Assembly: GCF_009914755.1 (NCBI RefSeq)
Contig: NC_060932.1
DNA from: the human T2T-CHM13v2.0 reference genome, Homo sapiens
DNA length: 64,000 nt
Reading direction: 5' to 3' (one strand)
Each line of letters opens with the position of its first letter. Within the stretch, counting starts at the first letter, position 1. The notes under the pieces were generated by a model. That model made no database searches and was not told the origin of the DNA. It worked only from the letters and a program-made list of their open reading frames with translations. Shown here piece by piece: positions 29,195 through 44,146 of the stretch. Both the position numbers and the translations under genes were made by a program.

Positions 29195-29492
29195 TTTATT
29201 TTTTATTTTTTAAGTCAGGGTTTTGCTCTGTCGCCTAGGCTGGAGTACAGTGGTGGGAATCATAGCTCATTGCAGCCTCGACCTCCTGGACTCAAGAGAT
29301 CCTCCCACATCAGCCTCCTGAATAGCTAGGACTACATGCACACTACCATGCCTGGCTAATGTTTAATTTTTTGTAGATATGGGGTTTTGCTATGTTGCCC
29401 AGTCTGGTCATGAACTCCTGAGCTCAAGCGATCCTCCTGCCTCAGCCTCCCAAAGTGTTGGGATTATAGGCATGAACCACCGCACCTGGCCT
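29195..29492 (-). mobile_element. AluJ-like, antisense
   Basis: Alu consensus. Confidence 0.9.
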
Positions 29493-31109
29493 GGGTCGAC
29501 CATTTTTTATTTGCTGTGCTAACTATCCTCAGTGCTGCATGTGTACTATTTGTCATGGCTATAGTAATCTTCATGATTACTACTATTCATCTGTAATTAA
29601 GATATAATTGGGATAACACAATGAACCAGGCATTGCACAAGGGGCTTTGTATGTATTTTCTTATCTAATGAGTGGTATTCAGAACATACTTAATTGACTT
29701 AAGGAAGACTTGCTCACAAGCGATTCACAAGCTGTGGGTTTCAGGGAAGTCATTTCTGCTGTCTGAGACTCAGTTTTCCCCCTCTGCAAAATAGGGAGCT
29801 GGATGCCTGCCTCTCCAGATTCTTTCCTTTTCCATCACTGGTTTAACTCAATTCGCTCATGTTTAGGGAGTCCTTACTGCATACTCTGCACAGATTTGTT
29901 GCTTAGAGAATATAAAACAAATACAGTTCAGTTCCTGCCTCAAAGCTTGTACCATCTAGTGTAATGACAGGAAGCCAGGGGTATCCGAGGGGTAGAGAAC
30001 AAGGAAGTCAATTATGTCAGGCAAAAGTGGGGAGATTCCTGAGAGTCGATCGATCCTAATTAGAAGCTTCCTGAAGGAGGAGAGATTTCCGTTCAGGGTA
30101 AGGGAGGCAGTTGATGGCGTGGGAGTACAGAAGCACCACTTGGCAGAACTGGTGGACAAAACAAGCTATTCCGCAGTGAACCAGAACAGGGCTGCGTTCA
30201 GGACCAACTCACCTGACATTTTCCCTATGCTAAATGTAAACTGGTCACGGTATTGATTCTGCTGCAAGATAAACTGCAGAATCTCAGCTACATCATAAAA
30301 GTATGTGGATCTCAGAAGAGCGAAGCATTTGGATATTCGAGATGAGTCCCCAGATTAAAACTGCTTATTTTGGCGCCCCCATGTGCTGAGGCTCTCAGCC
30401 TCAGGGGAACCTCCAGTGTGAGGATGATAAATCTGATACATCTGGATTTGTGCCACAATATAATAGAATTAATTGCCATTGAAATTGGCTAATGCTAGTG
30501 TTTAATAATAAATATGTATGCCCCTCTTCATTTCAGAAAGAAACTGAAGGGGTTTGCAAATATATTTGCCATGCAACAAGTTACAAAATACAAAAGATAA
30601 GGAAGAAAAATAAAAGAAGAAATAATAGAGTAAGGTCAGAGGAAAAGTCGAAATGCCCAAACCCTTTAAATACTTTATTAGAAGTGGGCTGTATGCATAC
30701 TTTGGGCTCAGGACCTTATCAGCCAATGCGTTTTTTTCCTAAAAGAAAGTTTTTGGTTTTAACATGATAATGTAGCATGTGTAAGATTCTAAGAGTTAAT
30801 GCAGAGACTTATCTTTATTGATGAAAGGGATTTTGGATATTGCATAATGCTGTGTGCTTTCATTTATGTTGACTGCTTACAAACGATTCATGAGACACAG
30901 GCTGAAAGCAAAACACCAGGCCAAGGCTTTCTGGCTGAACTTCTGAGGCTGCATAGCTATTGCACCAATGGTTTTACTTAAGGAAACCGCAGGTCTGAGG
31001 ACAATTACATTCTCCAAGAAGAGGAATTCTCTTTGACATTTATTATTTCCTTTGAGGAGAGGCTTTTCTCTCTGCTTCCCCCACACACCCATTTATCAGA
31101 AACGTACTC

Positions 31110-31393
31110 TTTATTTTTTAGAGACAGGGTCTTGCTCTGTCACCCAGGCTGGAGTGCAGTGGCGTGATCATGACTCACTGGAATCTCAAATTCTTGTGCT
31201 CAAGCCATCTTCCTGCCTTAGCCTACCAAGTAGCTAGGACTACAGGAGTCAGCCATCATGCCAGGCTCATTGTTTAATTTTTGTAAAAATGGGGTCTTGC
31301 TATGTTGCTCAGGTTGGTCTCAAACTCCTGGCCTCAAGTTATCTTCCCATCTTGGCCTCTCAAAACACTGGGATTATAGGCATGAACCACTGC
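31110..31393 (-). mobile_element. AluJ-like, antisense
   Basis: Alu consensus. Confidence 0.88.
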
Positions 31394-32187
31394 CAAACAC
31401 ATTCTTTTTTTTGAAATTTATTTTAGTGGTGACACATTGGTTTATTAAAATATGTAGCAATGTATGGTGAAAATAATATTCATATTTTCTTAAAACAGAA
31501 TATTTCAGTTTTTAGTGATAGATTTTGCTTTTTAGGGTGGATTTAGGTTGCAGAGAAATGGAGAAAAAGATACAGGGTGGCCATTTACCTCCTCCCCTCC
31601 TGCACACAGTTTTCCCATTATTAATTTCTTACGTTAATGTGGTACATTTTTGACAACCGATGTACCAATATTTATACATCATTATTAGCTAAAGTCCGTA
31701 GTTTAAGTTAGGGTTCACATCTTGTATTGCTCATTCCTTGAGTTTTGACAAATGTATAATATTGCATTTTCACGATTAACATTTCTATGTATTTGATCAC
31801 TGCATAAAATATGAAAACAGTAGTAAAATCCAGAAATACGGTTATGAATAAAATTTTTTGAATTGTTGCAAAAAATATTTACCTCATTGTATTACGCTGA
31901 AAAGCCGAATAATCCATCATGTTGCTCAAATTGTTTTAGAATGAACTTTAAAATGTAAAAATGTCATTTTTTTCCTGATTTCTTTTTTTTCAGTTTTTAT
32001 CATTTTTTTTTTATTATACTTTAAGTTCTAGGGGTGTTTGACAAGTCAAACACATTCTTATATTACTCTATGACATCGGAGAAAGATTGGGGCAAGTCTG
32101 CCCAGAGAACAGTGGAGCCGAGTGTGACAGCTGGAGGGCCCCAGCCAGGTCTGACTTGCTTTGAGTTCATGTGTCTTTTATTCCTAG

Positions 32188-32339
32188 CGTCAAGCAGAAT
32201 GAGCGCTACGGCCAGTTGACTCTGGTCAACTCCACCTCGGCAGACACAGGTGAATTCAGCTGCTGGGTGCAGCTCTGCAGCGGCTACATCTGCAGGAAGG
32301 ACGAGGCCAAAACGGGCTCCACCTACATCTTTTTTACAG
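32188..32339 (+). CDS. PDGFRL: PDGFRL coding exon (VKQNERYGQLTLVNSTSADTGEFSCWVQLCSGYICRKDEAKTGSTYIFFT)
   Basis: ttcctAG acceptor at 32186-32187, donor cag|GTaaaa at 32340; 152 bp, phase 2 to 1; Ig DxGxY/FxC motif (DTGEFSC). Confidence 0.97.
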
Positions 32340-32667
32340 GTAAAATACTTGGTGCATTAATGGAACTCTTCAAACTTCTGGACCGGGCTGAGAGCTGAAG
32401 GTTCCCCCACTGCATGCTGAATAGCAAATAATGACAATCAGAGCACTTCCTGTTTGCCAGGCTCTGGGCTAAATGCTTTACATCAGTTATTTCATGTAAG
32501 TCTTACCGTAACCCTTCAGGGCAAATACTAATATTATTCCTGTTTTTTTTTTTTTCAGATGGGAAAGTTGAGGTTTAGAGTGATTAAATAAGTCCTTAAG
32601 GTCACACAGAAAGTAAGTGGTGGTAACAGGATTTCAACACAAACCATTTGGTTCCAGGGTCTGTCCC

Positions 32668-32867
32668 TGCACTCCCCAATACGGTGACCACTAAACATGT
32701 GTGGCTACTTAAATGAAAATTAAAATGAAATAAAATTAAGAACAAGTTCTCAGTGCACTTGCCACATTTCAAGTGCTCAACTGTAGCATGTGGCTAATGG
32801 CTATTGTACTAGACAGCACAGAGAGAGAACATTCCCTTTATCACAGAAAGTTCTATTGGACAGTGCT
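32668..32867. mobile_element. MER3-like hAT-Charlie MITE
   Basis: catgtgtggctactt...gccacatttcaagtgctcaa...cagaaagttctattggacagtgctg. Confidence 0.8.
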
Positions 32868-32964
32868 GCTGTTGACTTTCATCACTGTCTTCTCAGAACC
32901 TATGACCATCTTCTTTTTGGAAACTCCATAGGATGCTTCACTAAAGACCTCCCATTTGTCCTTT

Positions 32965-33110
32965 TTATTATTTTGTTTTTTGATTTTTCGGTAGAAGTGA
33001 GGTCTCACTGTGTTGCCCAGGCTGGTCTCGAACTCCTGAACTCAAGCTATCCTCCTGCTTCGGTCTCCCAAATTGCTGTAGTTACAGGCATGAGCCATTC
33101 TGCTCAGCCC
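32965..33110 (-). mobile_element. FLAM / Alu left monomer
   Basis: gtagaagtgaggtctcactgtgttgcccaggctggtctcgaactcc. Confidence 0.85.
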
Positions 33111-33727
33111 TGTTTGTTCTGGTGAATACTATGAGCTGAGATTTCGGGGGCAAGATTCCCAAAGATTGTGGCTGTTGTGTCTCCAGTCCCTGTCCCTAAG
33201 CCTCAGTGGACTGCCTCAAAATGTTCAGGTCAGAGTGGAGAACTCTTCTCTGCAGTGCAAAGTATGTTTCTGGAAGATGGAGCTTGCATTTTGAGAAACA
33301 CGTGTGCAGAATAACTGCTCAGCCTCTTTCTTCTGTAATGTTCTCTAAGTTCTGAAGTTTAGGGGATGAAGTTCTCCAGCAAGGTTCAGAAGTCAGTAAG
33401 AGCTTTCAGGAATCTTACAAAGCCACCCTCGTCCTATTGTCGTCCAAGACATTTCAGGTGAAACCAGAATCCTTTGTTAGTGCCTGGGCAGGGACTTTCA
33501 TGAAATTTCTCCATGCCTTGAATCCACCTACCTTTCAGACGTAGACCTAGACATAGGCCTAGACCTAGACATAGGCCTATGACCCAAAGGATGTTATGCC
33601 CTGACCATTAAAGAATGTTTTAGTACAATCTTATGTATTTGTCCTTTCCTGCCCAAATAGCTCCTCTCTGGCAAGGAGATGCATTAGTAGGGTATGCTGC
33701 AGTTCTGGAAGCACATGTATCTCATTT

Positions 33728-34191
33728 TGATGCAGACTTTTTACTCCTTAGTTCAGAGATCCAAGTTCTTGTCTCATGCCAGGAAAACTTAGGCACACAG
33801 ACACTTAAAAGAGTGCGTGGAGTAGAATTTATTATGCGAAAAGGAAAGCTCTCAGCAAAAAGAGGGGTCCTGAAAGCAGGTTGCAGGTTGCTCTCCACAC
33901 AATTGAATACAAGGGCTTCTATGTTCCCTCGGTAGGGCTGGGTTCCCTGTTTGTAAGAGGCGTGAATTCCTGGCGGCTCCACCCCATCCTTTCAGTGTAC
34001 CTGCAGGCCCTTAATCTGAGTCACTCCACGTTGATTTATTTCCCTTACTGCATGTGTGTTAAGGGATGGAATTTTTCACTGGGGGTATGTTTAGGCAAGA
34101 CCCCTGTGCACAATGACCTTGGTAGGTCAGAGGTTCTCTAAGGACATTCCCGTATCTGCTTAGGAGAGTTCTCTGCCTCCTGCCTCTATCA
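33728..34191 (-). mobile_element. ERV1-class solo LTR, MER61-like
   Basis: TG...CA ends, minus-strand start TGATAGAGGCAGGAGGCAGAG, minus-strand AATAAA, 4-bp TSD-like (a/g)ttt; family name by recall. Confidence 0.7.
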
Positions 34192-34730
34192 GTTTCATTC
34201 CACAACATCCCTGGGAAATAAGCAAAAGCTATTTTATTATCTCCAAAATACTAGAAGTACTAATGCTCATGCTGAGCCTCAATGTTCCAGGACCTGTAGT
34301 GGCACAATAAGGAGCCAAACCTGTTTTTCTGACCCAGGATCCAGTGTTTTTACTGCCTTGAACCTTTTGTAGGACAAGGTGAAGGATGGACTGATAGCCA
34401 GATTCTAGCTAGCATAACTGGTGTTGTCAGGAGAATTGCTAATAATTGTTCATAGGCAATCTCTTTGGATCTTCATTTTGGAACTCGCTACACAAGATTG
34501 TAAATGTGCCCTTTGTATTATACCATGCTGTGAAGCAACAGTGGAAAAAGCAATCAACTAAGATGAATAAAAGTCTGTTATTCAAGTCAATGACTGATGC
34601 CACATTTCAAGTTGCAGAAGGAAGATTCTTTGCCAAGATTAGCACTGTTGTGTCTTCCCAAAGTATTGGTCGAGGTTTTGAACTGCAGGCTTAGCTTGGG
34701 CAGAATATCCTATTAATATTATGGGCTCTT

Positions 34731-35023
34731 GGCCAGGCATGGTAGCTCATACCTGTAATCCAGCACTTTGGGAGGCCACGGCGGGCGGATCACCTGAGGT
34801 CAGGAGTTCGAGAACAGCCTGGCCAACATGGAGAAATCCCATCTCTACAAAAATACAAAAGTTAGCTGGGCGTGGTGGTGCACACTTGTGCTCCCAGCTA
34901 CTCAGGAGGCTGAAGCAGGAGGATCGCCTGAATCTCGGAGTTTGTGGTTGCAGTGAGTCAAGATTGCGCCACTGCACTCCAACCTGGGCGACAGAGCAAG
35001 ACTTTACCTCAAAAAAAAAAAAA
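34731..35023 (+). mobile_element. Alu (S-type)
   Basis: Alu consensus; TSD ta(t/c)gggctct. Confidence 0.92.
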
Positions 35024-35762
35024 TACGGGCTCTCTTTGAGTTTTGGAGGCGGAACCTTTTTGTTTTTTTTTTAACTGAACTAATTTTGGGAACCAAAGAA
35101 AAGCTAAAATATATTTATTCCAACTATCAAGAAACTTTGATCAAAAAAAATAAATGCTGTAACACATTTGACCTAATGTGTTATACATCATTTATTTTTT
35201 CTTATTTGTCAACACTAAGCTAGGAGTCCAGTTGGATTTTTACTGTAGGGTTTGGCAATTTGTCTTTTCAAGCATGGATGGCTTTGAGAAACCAAGATGG
35301 GCTGTTACAGAAGCTGAGGTTCTCACTGCTGGCTCAGGATTCTTTCAGAACATGTGTTTCCTGGCTACCCATGTGGAGAAATGTTTGTCATTCATTATGT
35401 TTGTATGTTTCCTAGAGTTTGATTAAAAACACTGAAGCTTCTTTTGGGGGACTCACTGTTGTTAGTGTGCAATTTGTGATTAAATAATTGCCGTATGTAT
35501 TTCCTCTTTCATCTTGATCCAGGAGGATCTTGGAAGGTTTTCCCTGCTTCTCTTTCACTTCTTATTGTAGTATAACATATGTAAAGAAAAACATTCAAAT
35601 TCTCAGAATACAGCTCAATAAATTATCCTTAAGCAAACAGGCACATGTAACTCCCACCCAGATCAAGGATGAGAACATTACCAGCAGCAGGGCTTTCTCA
35701 TAGTAAAAGGCTGAGGCTCTAATTTTTATACGTAGGAAAACCACATTAATAAGTACTTTCCT

Positions 35763-36053
35763 GGCTGGGTGCAGTGGCTCATGCCTATAATCCCCTAGCA
35801 CTTTGGGAAGCCGAGGCAGGCGGATCACTTGAGGTCAGGAGTTCAAGACCAGCCTAACCAACATGGCGAAACTCCCTCTGTACTAAAATGCAAAAATTAG
35901 GTGGGCATGGTGGCACACGCCTGTAATTCCAGCTACTCGGGAGGCTGAGGCACAAGAATTGCTTACACCCAGGAGGCAGCGAGTCAAAGTTGCAGTGAGC
36001 CGAGATGGCACCACTGCATTCCAGCCTGGGTGACGGAGTGAGACTGTCTCAAA
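35763..36053 (+). mobile_element. Alu lacking A tail and TSD
   Basis: Ends gactgtctc-aaaa-tactga. Confidence 0.88.
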
Positions 36054-36104
36054 ATACTGAATTTGTTGTAATTTGGATTTAGTTTATAGCTTGTTAACTT
36101 GCAT

Positions 36105-36583
<479 letters not shown>

Positions 36584-36841
36584 GAGTTTTTTTTTTTTAA
36601 TCTAAAATCCCATGTGTTTAGTTTTCTTTAAGTAAAACATTTGTCTTCTAGATGAGTGGATATAAATACATTTGCAGGGGACATGTGTAATCTATAATTA
36701 TTAAAACAAACTTCAACACTTTGTTATTGTTGATGGAAGCTACGGATTGCAAATATATTTTTAAAGCAACTGGTTTGGTCACATTTCAAAGTATGTATTA
36801 TAGTATAAGAAGTAAAGTATATATTACACTATAAGAAGTAA

Positions 36842-37145
36842 GGCTGGGAACATTGGCTCATGCCTGTAATCTCAGCACTTTGGGAGGCCAAGGCAGGAGG
36901 ACTGCTTGAGTCCAGGAGTTTGAGACCAGCCTGGGCAACATAGTGAGACCCTGACTCTAGAAAAACTAAAAAATAAAAAATTAGACAGGCATGGTGGCAC
37001 GTGCCTGTAGTCCCAGCTACTCAGGAGGCTGAGGTGGGAGGATCATTTGAGCCCTGGAGGTTGAAACTGCAGTAAGTCATGATGGTGCCACTGCACTCCA
37101 GCCTGGGCAACAGAGTGAGACCCTGTCTCAAAAAATAAAAATACA
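36842..37145 (+). mobile_element. AluJ-like
   Basis: Alu consensus. Confidence 0.92.
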
Positions 37146-38570
37146 AGAAGATATTTTTGTGTTCTTAAATTCACACGGTTCACTTATTCGACTAATGGCT
37201 CTGCTTATCGCTTCAGATTATTCTACACACTTTTAAAACAAAAGTTGCCTCTAAATCTTGCAATCATAAAATCCTAAAGTGTTGTTGCTAAGAAAACATC
37301 TTCAATATTATCCACTCCAGATTCTTCTCTTGACAAATGTGGACATTGAAGCATGAGGAAATAAAATAATGCCTTTGAGGCCATGTAGATGGACTCTGTG
37401 TGAACTCATGAACATTAGGCATGACGTTGACAAAGGTACCCCTTACCTAAGCCTGAAAGCCAATTTCTTATGAAGTTGCACAGACCTCCCAGCCTGATGG
37501 AAACCCATGTAAAAGACGGAGACTCTCTGAGCCATGATATACTCTTCCCTCGTCTTAGAGTCAGGAGGAAGGATCTCCGTGTTAGTGAACTTGGTACTTA
37601 CAGCCCAAGAACTCTTGGCTCATGAACCATTTGATGATGTGTCCAGGAATTCTGCCCCCAACCTAAAACACCATCTAACTGTGACACAAAGAAGGCAAGT
37701 GGGGAAGAAAGCCAAGAAAAATTATTTATTTCAGGAACACTGTGGGGAAAACACAAGAAAGCCTGTAATACGTATTGGGGTATCACTAGCTCTGAAGATT
37801 TCTCTTTGCAAATACTGTAATATTCCCTCACAGAATGATCCAGAAAAACAAAGGATTCAATGTACCATGCCAAAAAAGAAAAGCCACCAGCACCAACAAA
37901 AATACCCCCAAAAGCCCAGTCCAGAGTTTCTTGCCTGTCCTAAGGACAGAATTGGTAGGCCAGTCCTCGTTTCTCCCATTTCAGTAAGATAAAAATGCCA
38001 TCATCTGAGCTTAAAGAACCAGGCAGAGTAATTTCAGAGGAAATGGGGGGAGATAAGAGACTGGCTGAGGATTCCCAGCCAGGTGCTGGCCAAGCCGAGA
38101 GCAGACCTGAGACTGATGGGTTCCTCCTTCAAGCCGACGCCATTCCCCTCCGCTAACCTTGGCAGGCGCCAGATCCTCTGGGCTGTGTGAGGACAGGCTG
38201 AGGACACTGTCACCGTGCTGGGGCTCCCAGGGGAGCTCTGATGTACTGGGAAATGCTTCCTGGCTGGCAGTTACTGACTGTGGCTGTGGGGCTGATTTCT
38301 CCACCCACAAGCAGCAGATGGTTTCAAGGTTTTACAACTGCTAAGGGTTTAAAACTTACAATCATAAAATCACATTAGTAAGTGCTTTCCTAAATATTGA
38401 GTTTGCTGTAATTTGGATGTAGTTTACAGCTTATTAGCTTGATTTTTTGTGGAAATCTAAAATCCAATGTGCTTGTCTACTTTAAGTAATACGTGTGTCA
38501 TCTACATGAGTGGATGTAAATACATTTTCAGGGGACATATGTAATCTATAATTATTCAAATGAGCTTTAA

Positions 38571-38976
<406 letters not shown>

Positions 38977-39038
38977 TAAGAAGTAAGGCTGGGCATGTTA
39001 AACTTTAACTTGTTAAAGGTTAATATGTTAAATCTTAA

Positions 39039-39429
<391 letters not shown>

Positions 39430-39623
39430 CTTCTGTTTTCTTTAAGGAGACAGGAAGTTAGATCATTCTTCCAAAAAATGAAAAGCATTAAAGTAAAAAA
39501 AGAAAACCCGGCCTTTCCTACTCCTAAGGACTCAGTATTCAGAGTATGCTGCCAAAATCCTTAAGGGTGCTTTTACTTTGCGTCTCCGGAGTGAATAAGC
39601 CTGTGTCTTCCTTCCCTTTGCAG

Positions 39624-39917
39624 AGAAAGGAGAACTCTTTGTACCTTCTCCCAGCTACTTCGATGTTGTCTACTTGAACCCGGACAGACAGGCTGTGGTT
39701 CCTTGTCGGGTGACCGTGCTGTCGGCCAAAGTCACGCTCCACAGGGAATTCCCAGCCAAGGAGATCCCAGCCAATGGAACGGACATTGTTTATGACATGA
39801 AGCGGGGCTTTGTGTATCTGCAACCTCATTCCGAGCACCAGGGTGTGGTTTACTGCAGGGCGGAGGCCGGGGGCAGATCTCAGATCTCCGTCAAGTACCA
39901 GCTGCTCTACGTGGCGG
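39624..39917 (+). CDS. PDGFRL: PDGFRL coding exon ((E)KGELFVPSPSYFDVVYLNPDRQAVVPCRVT...KYQLLYVA)
   Basis: ctttgcAG acceptor at 39622-39623, donor cgg|GTaagc at 39918; 294 bp, symmetric phase 1-1; PDGFR/VEGFR D2-like VVPCRVT...YC motif. Confidence 0.97.
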
Positions 39918-40049
39918 GTAAGCCTGGCCACCCCTGCCTAGATTCTAGTTAGTCCCCTGGTCAGTTTCAGGTACTGCTGTTCCCTGCCTGCAGATGGAAT
40001 AAGGAAGCTCCATGAGTGCCTTTTGTTTCATTGTTGTTGGGTTGTTGTT

Positions 40050-40367
40050 GTTTTTTTTTCTCTTTTTTCTTGAGACAGGGTCCCGTTTTGTTGCCCAGGC
40101 TGGAATGCAGTGGCACAACCATTTTCTCACTGCAGCATTAAAGCCCTGGGCTCAAGCAACCCTCCCTCCTTAGCCTCCTGAGTAGCTGGAACCACAGGTA
40201 TGAGCCACCATGCCCTGCTAACTTTTTTTTTTTTTTTTTTTTGTCTCATAGAGAAGAGGTCTCCCTACCTTGCCTGGGCTGGTCTCGACCTCCTGGGCTT
40301 AAACAATCCTTTGATCTTAGCTTCCCAGAGTGCCGAGATTACAAGTGTGAGCCACCATGCTCGGCCC
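40050..40367 (-). mobile_element. AluJ-like, antisense
   Basis: Diverged Alu consensus. Confidence 0.88.
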
Positions 40368-43300
40368 ACTTATGCTGTTCTTAAAGGCTTCCCTTCTGCC
40401 CCACCACTTCTAGGATGGATGTTCTCCTTCCTTGTTATGACCCTGACCGAAAACCCCTCTTCTCCATTCCAGCCAAATCCTTCCATCGTTCACTCTGGTG
40501 CTGCCTCTGTGTTGGATCAGGTCTTCTATGTCCCCAAACTCCTTTAGAGCATCCTCCCAGCCTCTTGGTCTAAACCCAAATCTGCTGTCTCCTAAGGACA
40601 TCATTCATTCCCACGTCAAGGCTGGCATCCTTCTTGTACCCATTGCCACCTGCCAACCCTCATTCTCTGCCCTTCTGTTGGGAACCTCTGCTCTTTGGGG
40701 GCTCTACCAGCATTCTCATTTCCTTTCCTGTCACTCCCATGCATTCATCGAACATTTTGGCACTTGGTTCATGGCCCTGCTTGTCACTCCATTTTTAGGG
40801 TGACTTTGATACCGACTTGGTACCCACTGGCCAGGTTCATGGACCCCTCATCCGTTCCACCTCAGATATTCCCACCCTCATCACAATGTGAACATGTCAA
40901 CCACAACCACTGTGACAGCAACCACCGGGGCTGACCCCAGCTCCAGTGACACAGGCTTGTACTTTCCCAGGATTCTGTGTTCAATGACTCCCTCAGCCAC
41001 GGTCCTCACCTGCACCCACCCTGTTCTTGAGGGCTTTCTGCCCTCCCCACCCATGAGGCTTAGATCCTGGGTCCCACCACATCAGTACTCACTACCCACA
41101 CCCGGCACGCCCTCCTCTCTGTACTCCCCTCTCCTGTCCAGGAAAGAACCACCCCGGATGAACACAACTAACCTTCTCCCCATGCCTGTACTCAGAGAGT
41201 TAAGAGCTGTTGGGACACTCCCATGGGAGGGTAGAGGGCATGGCCATGAATCCCCCATCTCTCGTCTACCCTGCCTGGTGTCCTCTGCATTTTGTCCCGT
41301 CTTTCTTCTGTTTTCCCCAATGTGCACAGAACACTTGGAGTTCTCAAATTCCCGCCTCATTCTCTTCCAGTTGGCCTTACTCCCTTACTCTTGACAGAAC
41401 TGAAACATGATCAGTCTCTCAATTAAAATTGGAACTACTTCTTTCAATGTGGCCATTTTAGTGAGGAGTTTCATTTCATAGCATTTATACATGAAATACT
41501 TTTTTCCCTGGTAACTGCCATCCGTTCCATTGTGTTGAATCCCCCTTTTCCTGAGGGTAGGGAGATCTGTTGGTCATGTCGAGTTTCCCTTTGATATCCA
41601 ACAGGCTTGCTGGGTGAGTAAGACAGCCTCATTCTGGTTTCTAAGACTGTTTGTTTAAAATCTTCAGTCCCAACAATTCATCCAAGCCTGCTTTCTGCTC
41701 TTCCTGTCACATGCAGGCTCCATGGTGAGTGCAGCAGCTCTGAGTCGGAGGCCACAGTTCCCTCCGCTCCCCTCCCCTCCCCTCCCCTCCCTGCTGGGGC
41801 ACCAGGTTAGGGGAAGTAAGTGAGAGAGGTCAGAGGAAGTAAGTGAGAGCTGGCAGTCCCTGGTAATAAATGCTGACCTGGCTTGTTGTCTGTTAGCCTG
41901 ATGGGAACAGATAGTGACTCCAGTGGTTTGTCACAGGTGATAGGGACTCACCTGTCACAAGCCCCCTTGGTGTCCTAGGCCCTGTCCCATGCAGCCTCGC
42001 CTTCTCCTGGACCCTCAGCTGGAGGCTGCCTCTGCTTGTATGAACTTCTTTGCTCTGAGCTGCAGCATGGCTGAAAGAGCCTGGAGTCCTGACATCTCTG
42101 TGTCTACCTGATCACCTGACTCCAGAGCATGTGGCCACCAGAACATACAGTGGAGACACAGTCTGGGCCCTCTTTACTTCTCGAAGTCCCCCACCCTGCC
42201 ATCTTGTCCAGAGCTCTTTTGCCCCGGGCTGATGGCATAGGGGCAGGCTAGGAGCAGTTGCGTTGCAGAACGCTGCAACACCCCCCACATTCCTTGGCAA
42301 GCAGTTCTCTGAGGCCGCTCCCTCGCCTTTCTGGAGTGAAGCACCCTCTTGCCAGCCTTGCAAGGGAGGAGGGGAAATAGTTTCTCTTCTGGCACTGTAG
42401 TCCCTCAAAGGTGACTTTAGTCTCTCCGAGAACTCTCACCTTGACCAGGGGAGAGTGGTACGTGTGGGCAGAATCCATCCCCTGCAGTGGAGCTTCTCAG
42501 CCACCCTGTCGGGGGGATCAGTAGCCCCGAGAGTGAGCTGCTCTCTGAAGTTAGAATTTGGGTTCTGTCATGCCTCGTGTTCTCAGCCATGGTGCTTATT
42601 CAGCAGGCCATGCCCCTTACACCCTGTTACCAAATCCCTCTCACAGCCCTGCTCCACCTCCCCCAGTGTTTTGCTGAGCCCACCACTCTTCCCCACTAGA
42701 ACCAAGTCCCTGAATGAAAGAGCTCTCCATGTCCCTCTCCACTTCCTTTCCTCCCACACACTCCTTTGCCCACTCCCATCTGGCCTTCTCCCTTGACTTC
42801 CACCAAAACGGCTATTGCCAAGGTACTCGGGGACCCCCATGCCATTAAAGTCTGTCCCTGTCCTCCTGGATTCCACCTCACCTGCAGGGAACAGCCTCTG
42901 CCCTGGCTCCATTTTTCCCAGCTTCCCCCACCTCCCCCACAGGTTTCTCACTCTTCTTGGTCAGCTCTTAGCCTTCTATCAACTTTGAAATGCTGGTGCT
43001 CCCCCAGGCACCCTTCTTTCCCACTCCTTGTTCTGTCCCTGGGCCAGCTTCACATCTGTACACTGGTAACTCCCAAGTGAACGGAAGTGGCCGGATCTAG
43101 GAGCATCAGGTCCACGTGTCCGCCGTCCACCTCAGGTGTGCAATGAGATGCTTCGGGGTCCTCCATCCTCCGCGTGCCATCCCTGGCCTCAGTGCCATCC
43201 TCCCTGGACCTGGTTCTTCCTCCTCCTCTGCCTTGGTGATGGCACTACCTTCACCCACGGGTCAGGCCTGCGGCTGGAAGCCAAGCTAACCTCCCTCCTC

Positions 43301-43480
43301 CTCCCGATCCTTTCTACTTTTTTCATTAAATCACTTTCAAATCCTACTGTTTCTCTCCATCCTCACTGCAAAAAAGGGATCAAGCTAGCATTGTCTCTGC
43401 CCTAGACTTATGTGAATACCTTCTCATTTCCCCTATGTCCACCTTTTCTTTCTCCACTCCATTTTCCACACTGTAGCTGA

Positions 43481-44146
<666 letters not shown>

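Noticed and set aside
32003-32033. ~30-bp L1PA 3' terminus (ttattatactttaagttctaggg) 155 bp before an exon
   Set aside because: Real but trivial severely truncated insertion; no clear TSD or functional implication
33542-33577. Exact 18-bp tandem duplication tagacctagacataggcc
   Set aside because: Ordinary slippage duplication; poor match to a p53 or other motif
37534-37992. 152-aa ATG-initiated ORF in unique-looking sequence between the duplicated blocks
   Set aside because: No recognisable domain, Lys/Gln bias follows A-rich composition, no retrocopy hallmarks; BLASTP/PhyloCSF would be needed to revive it
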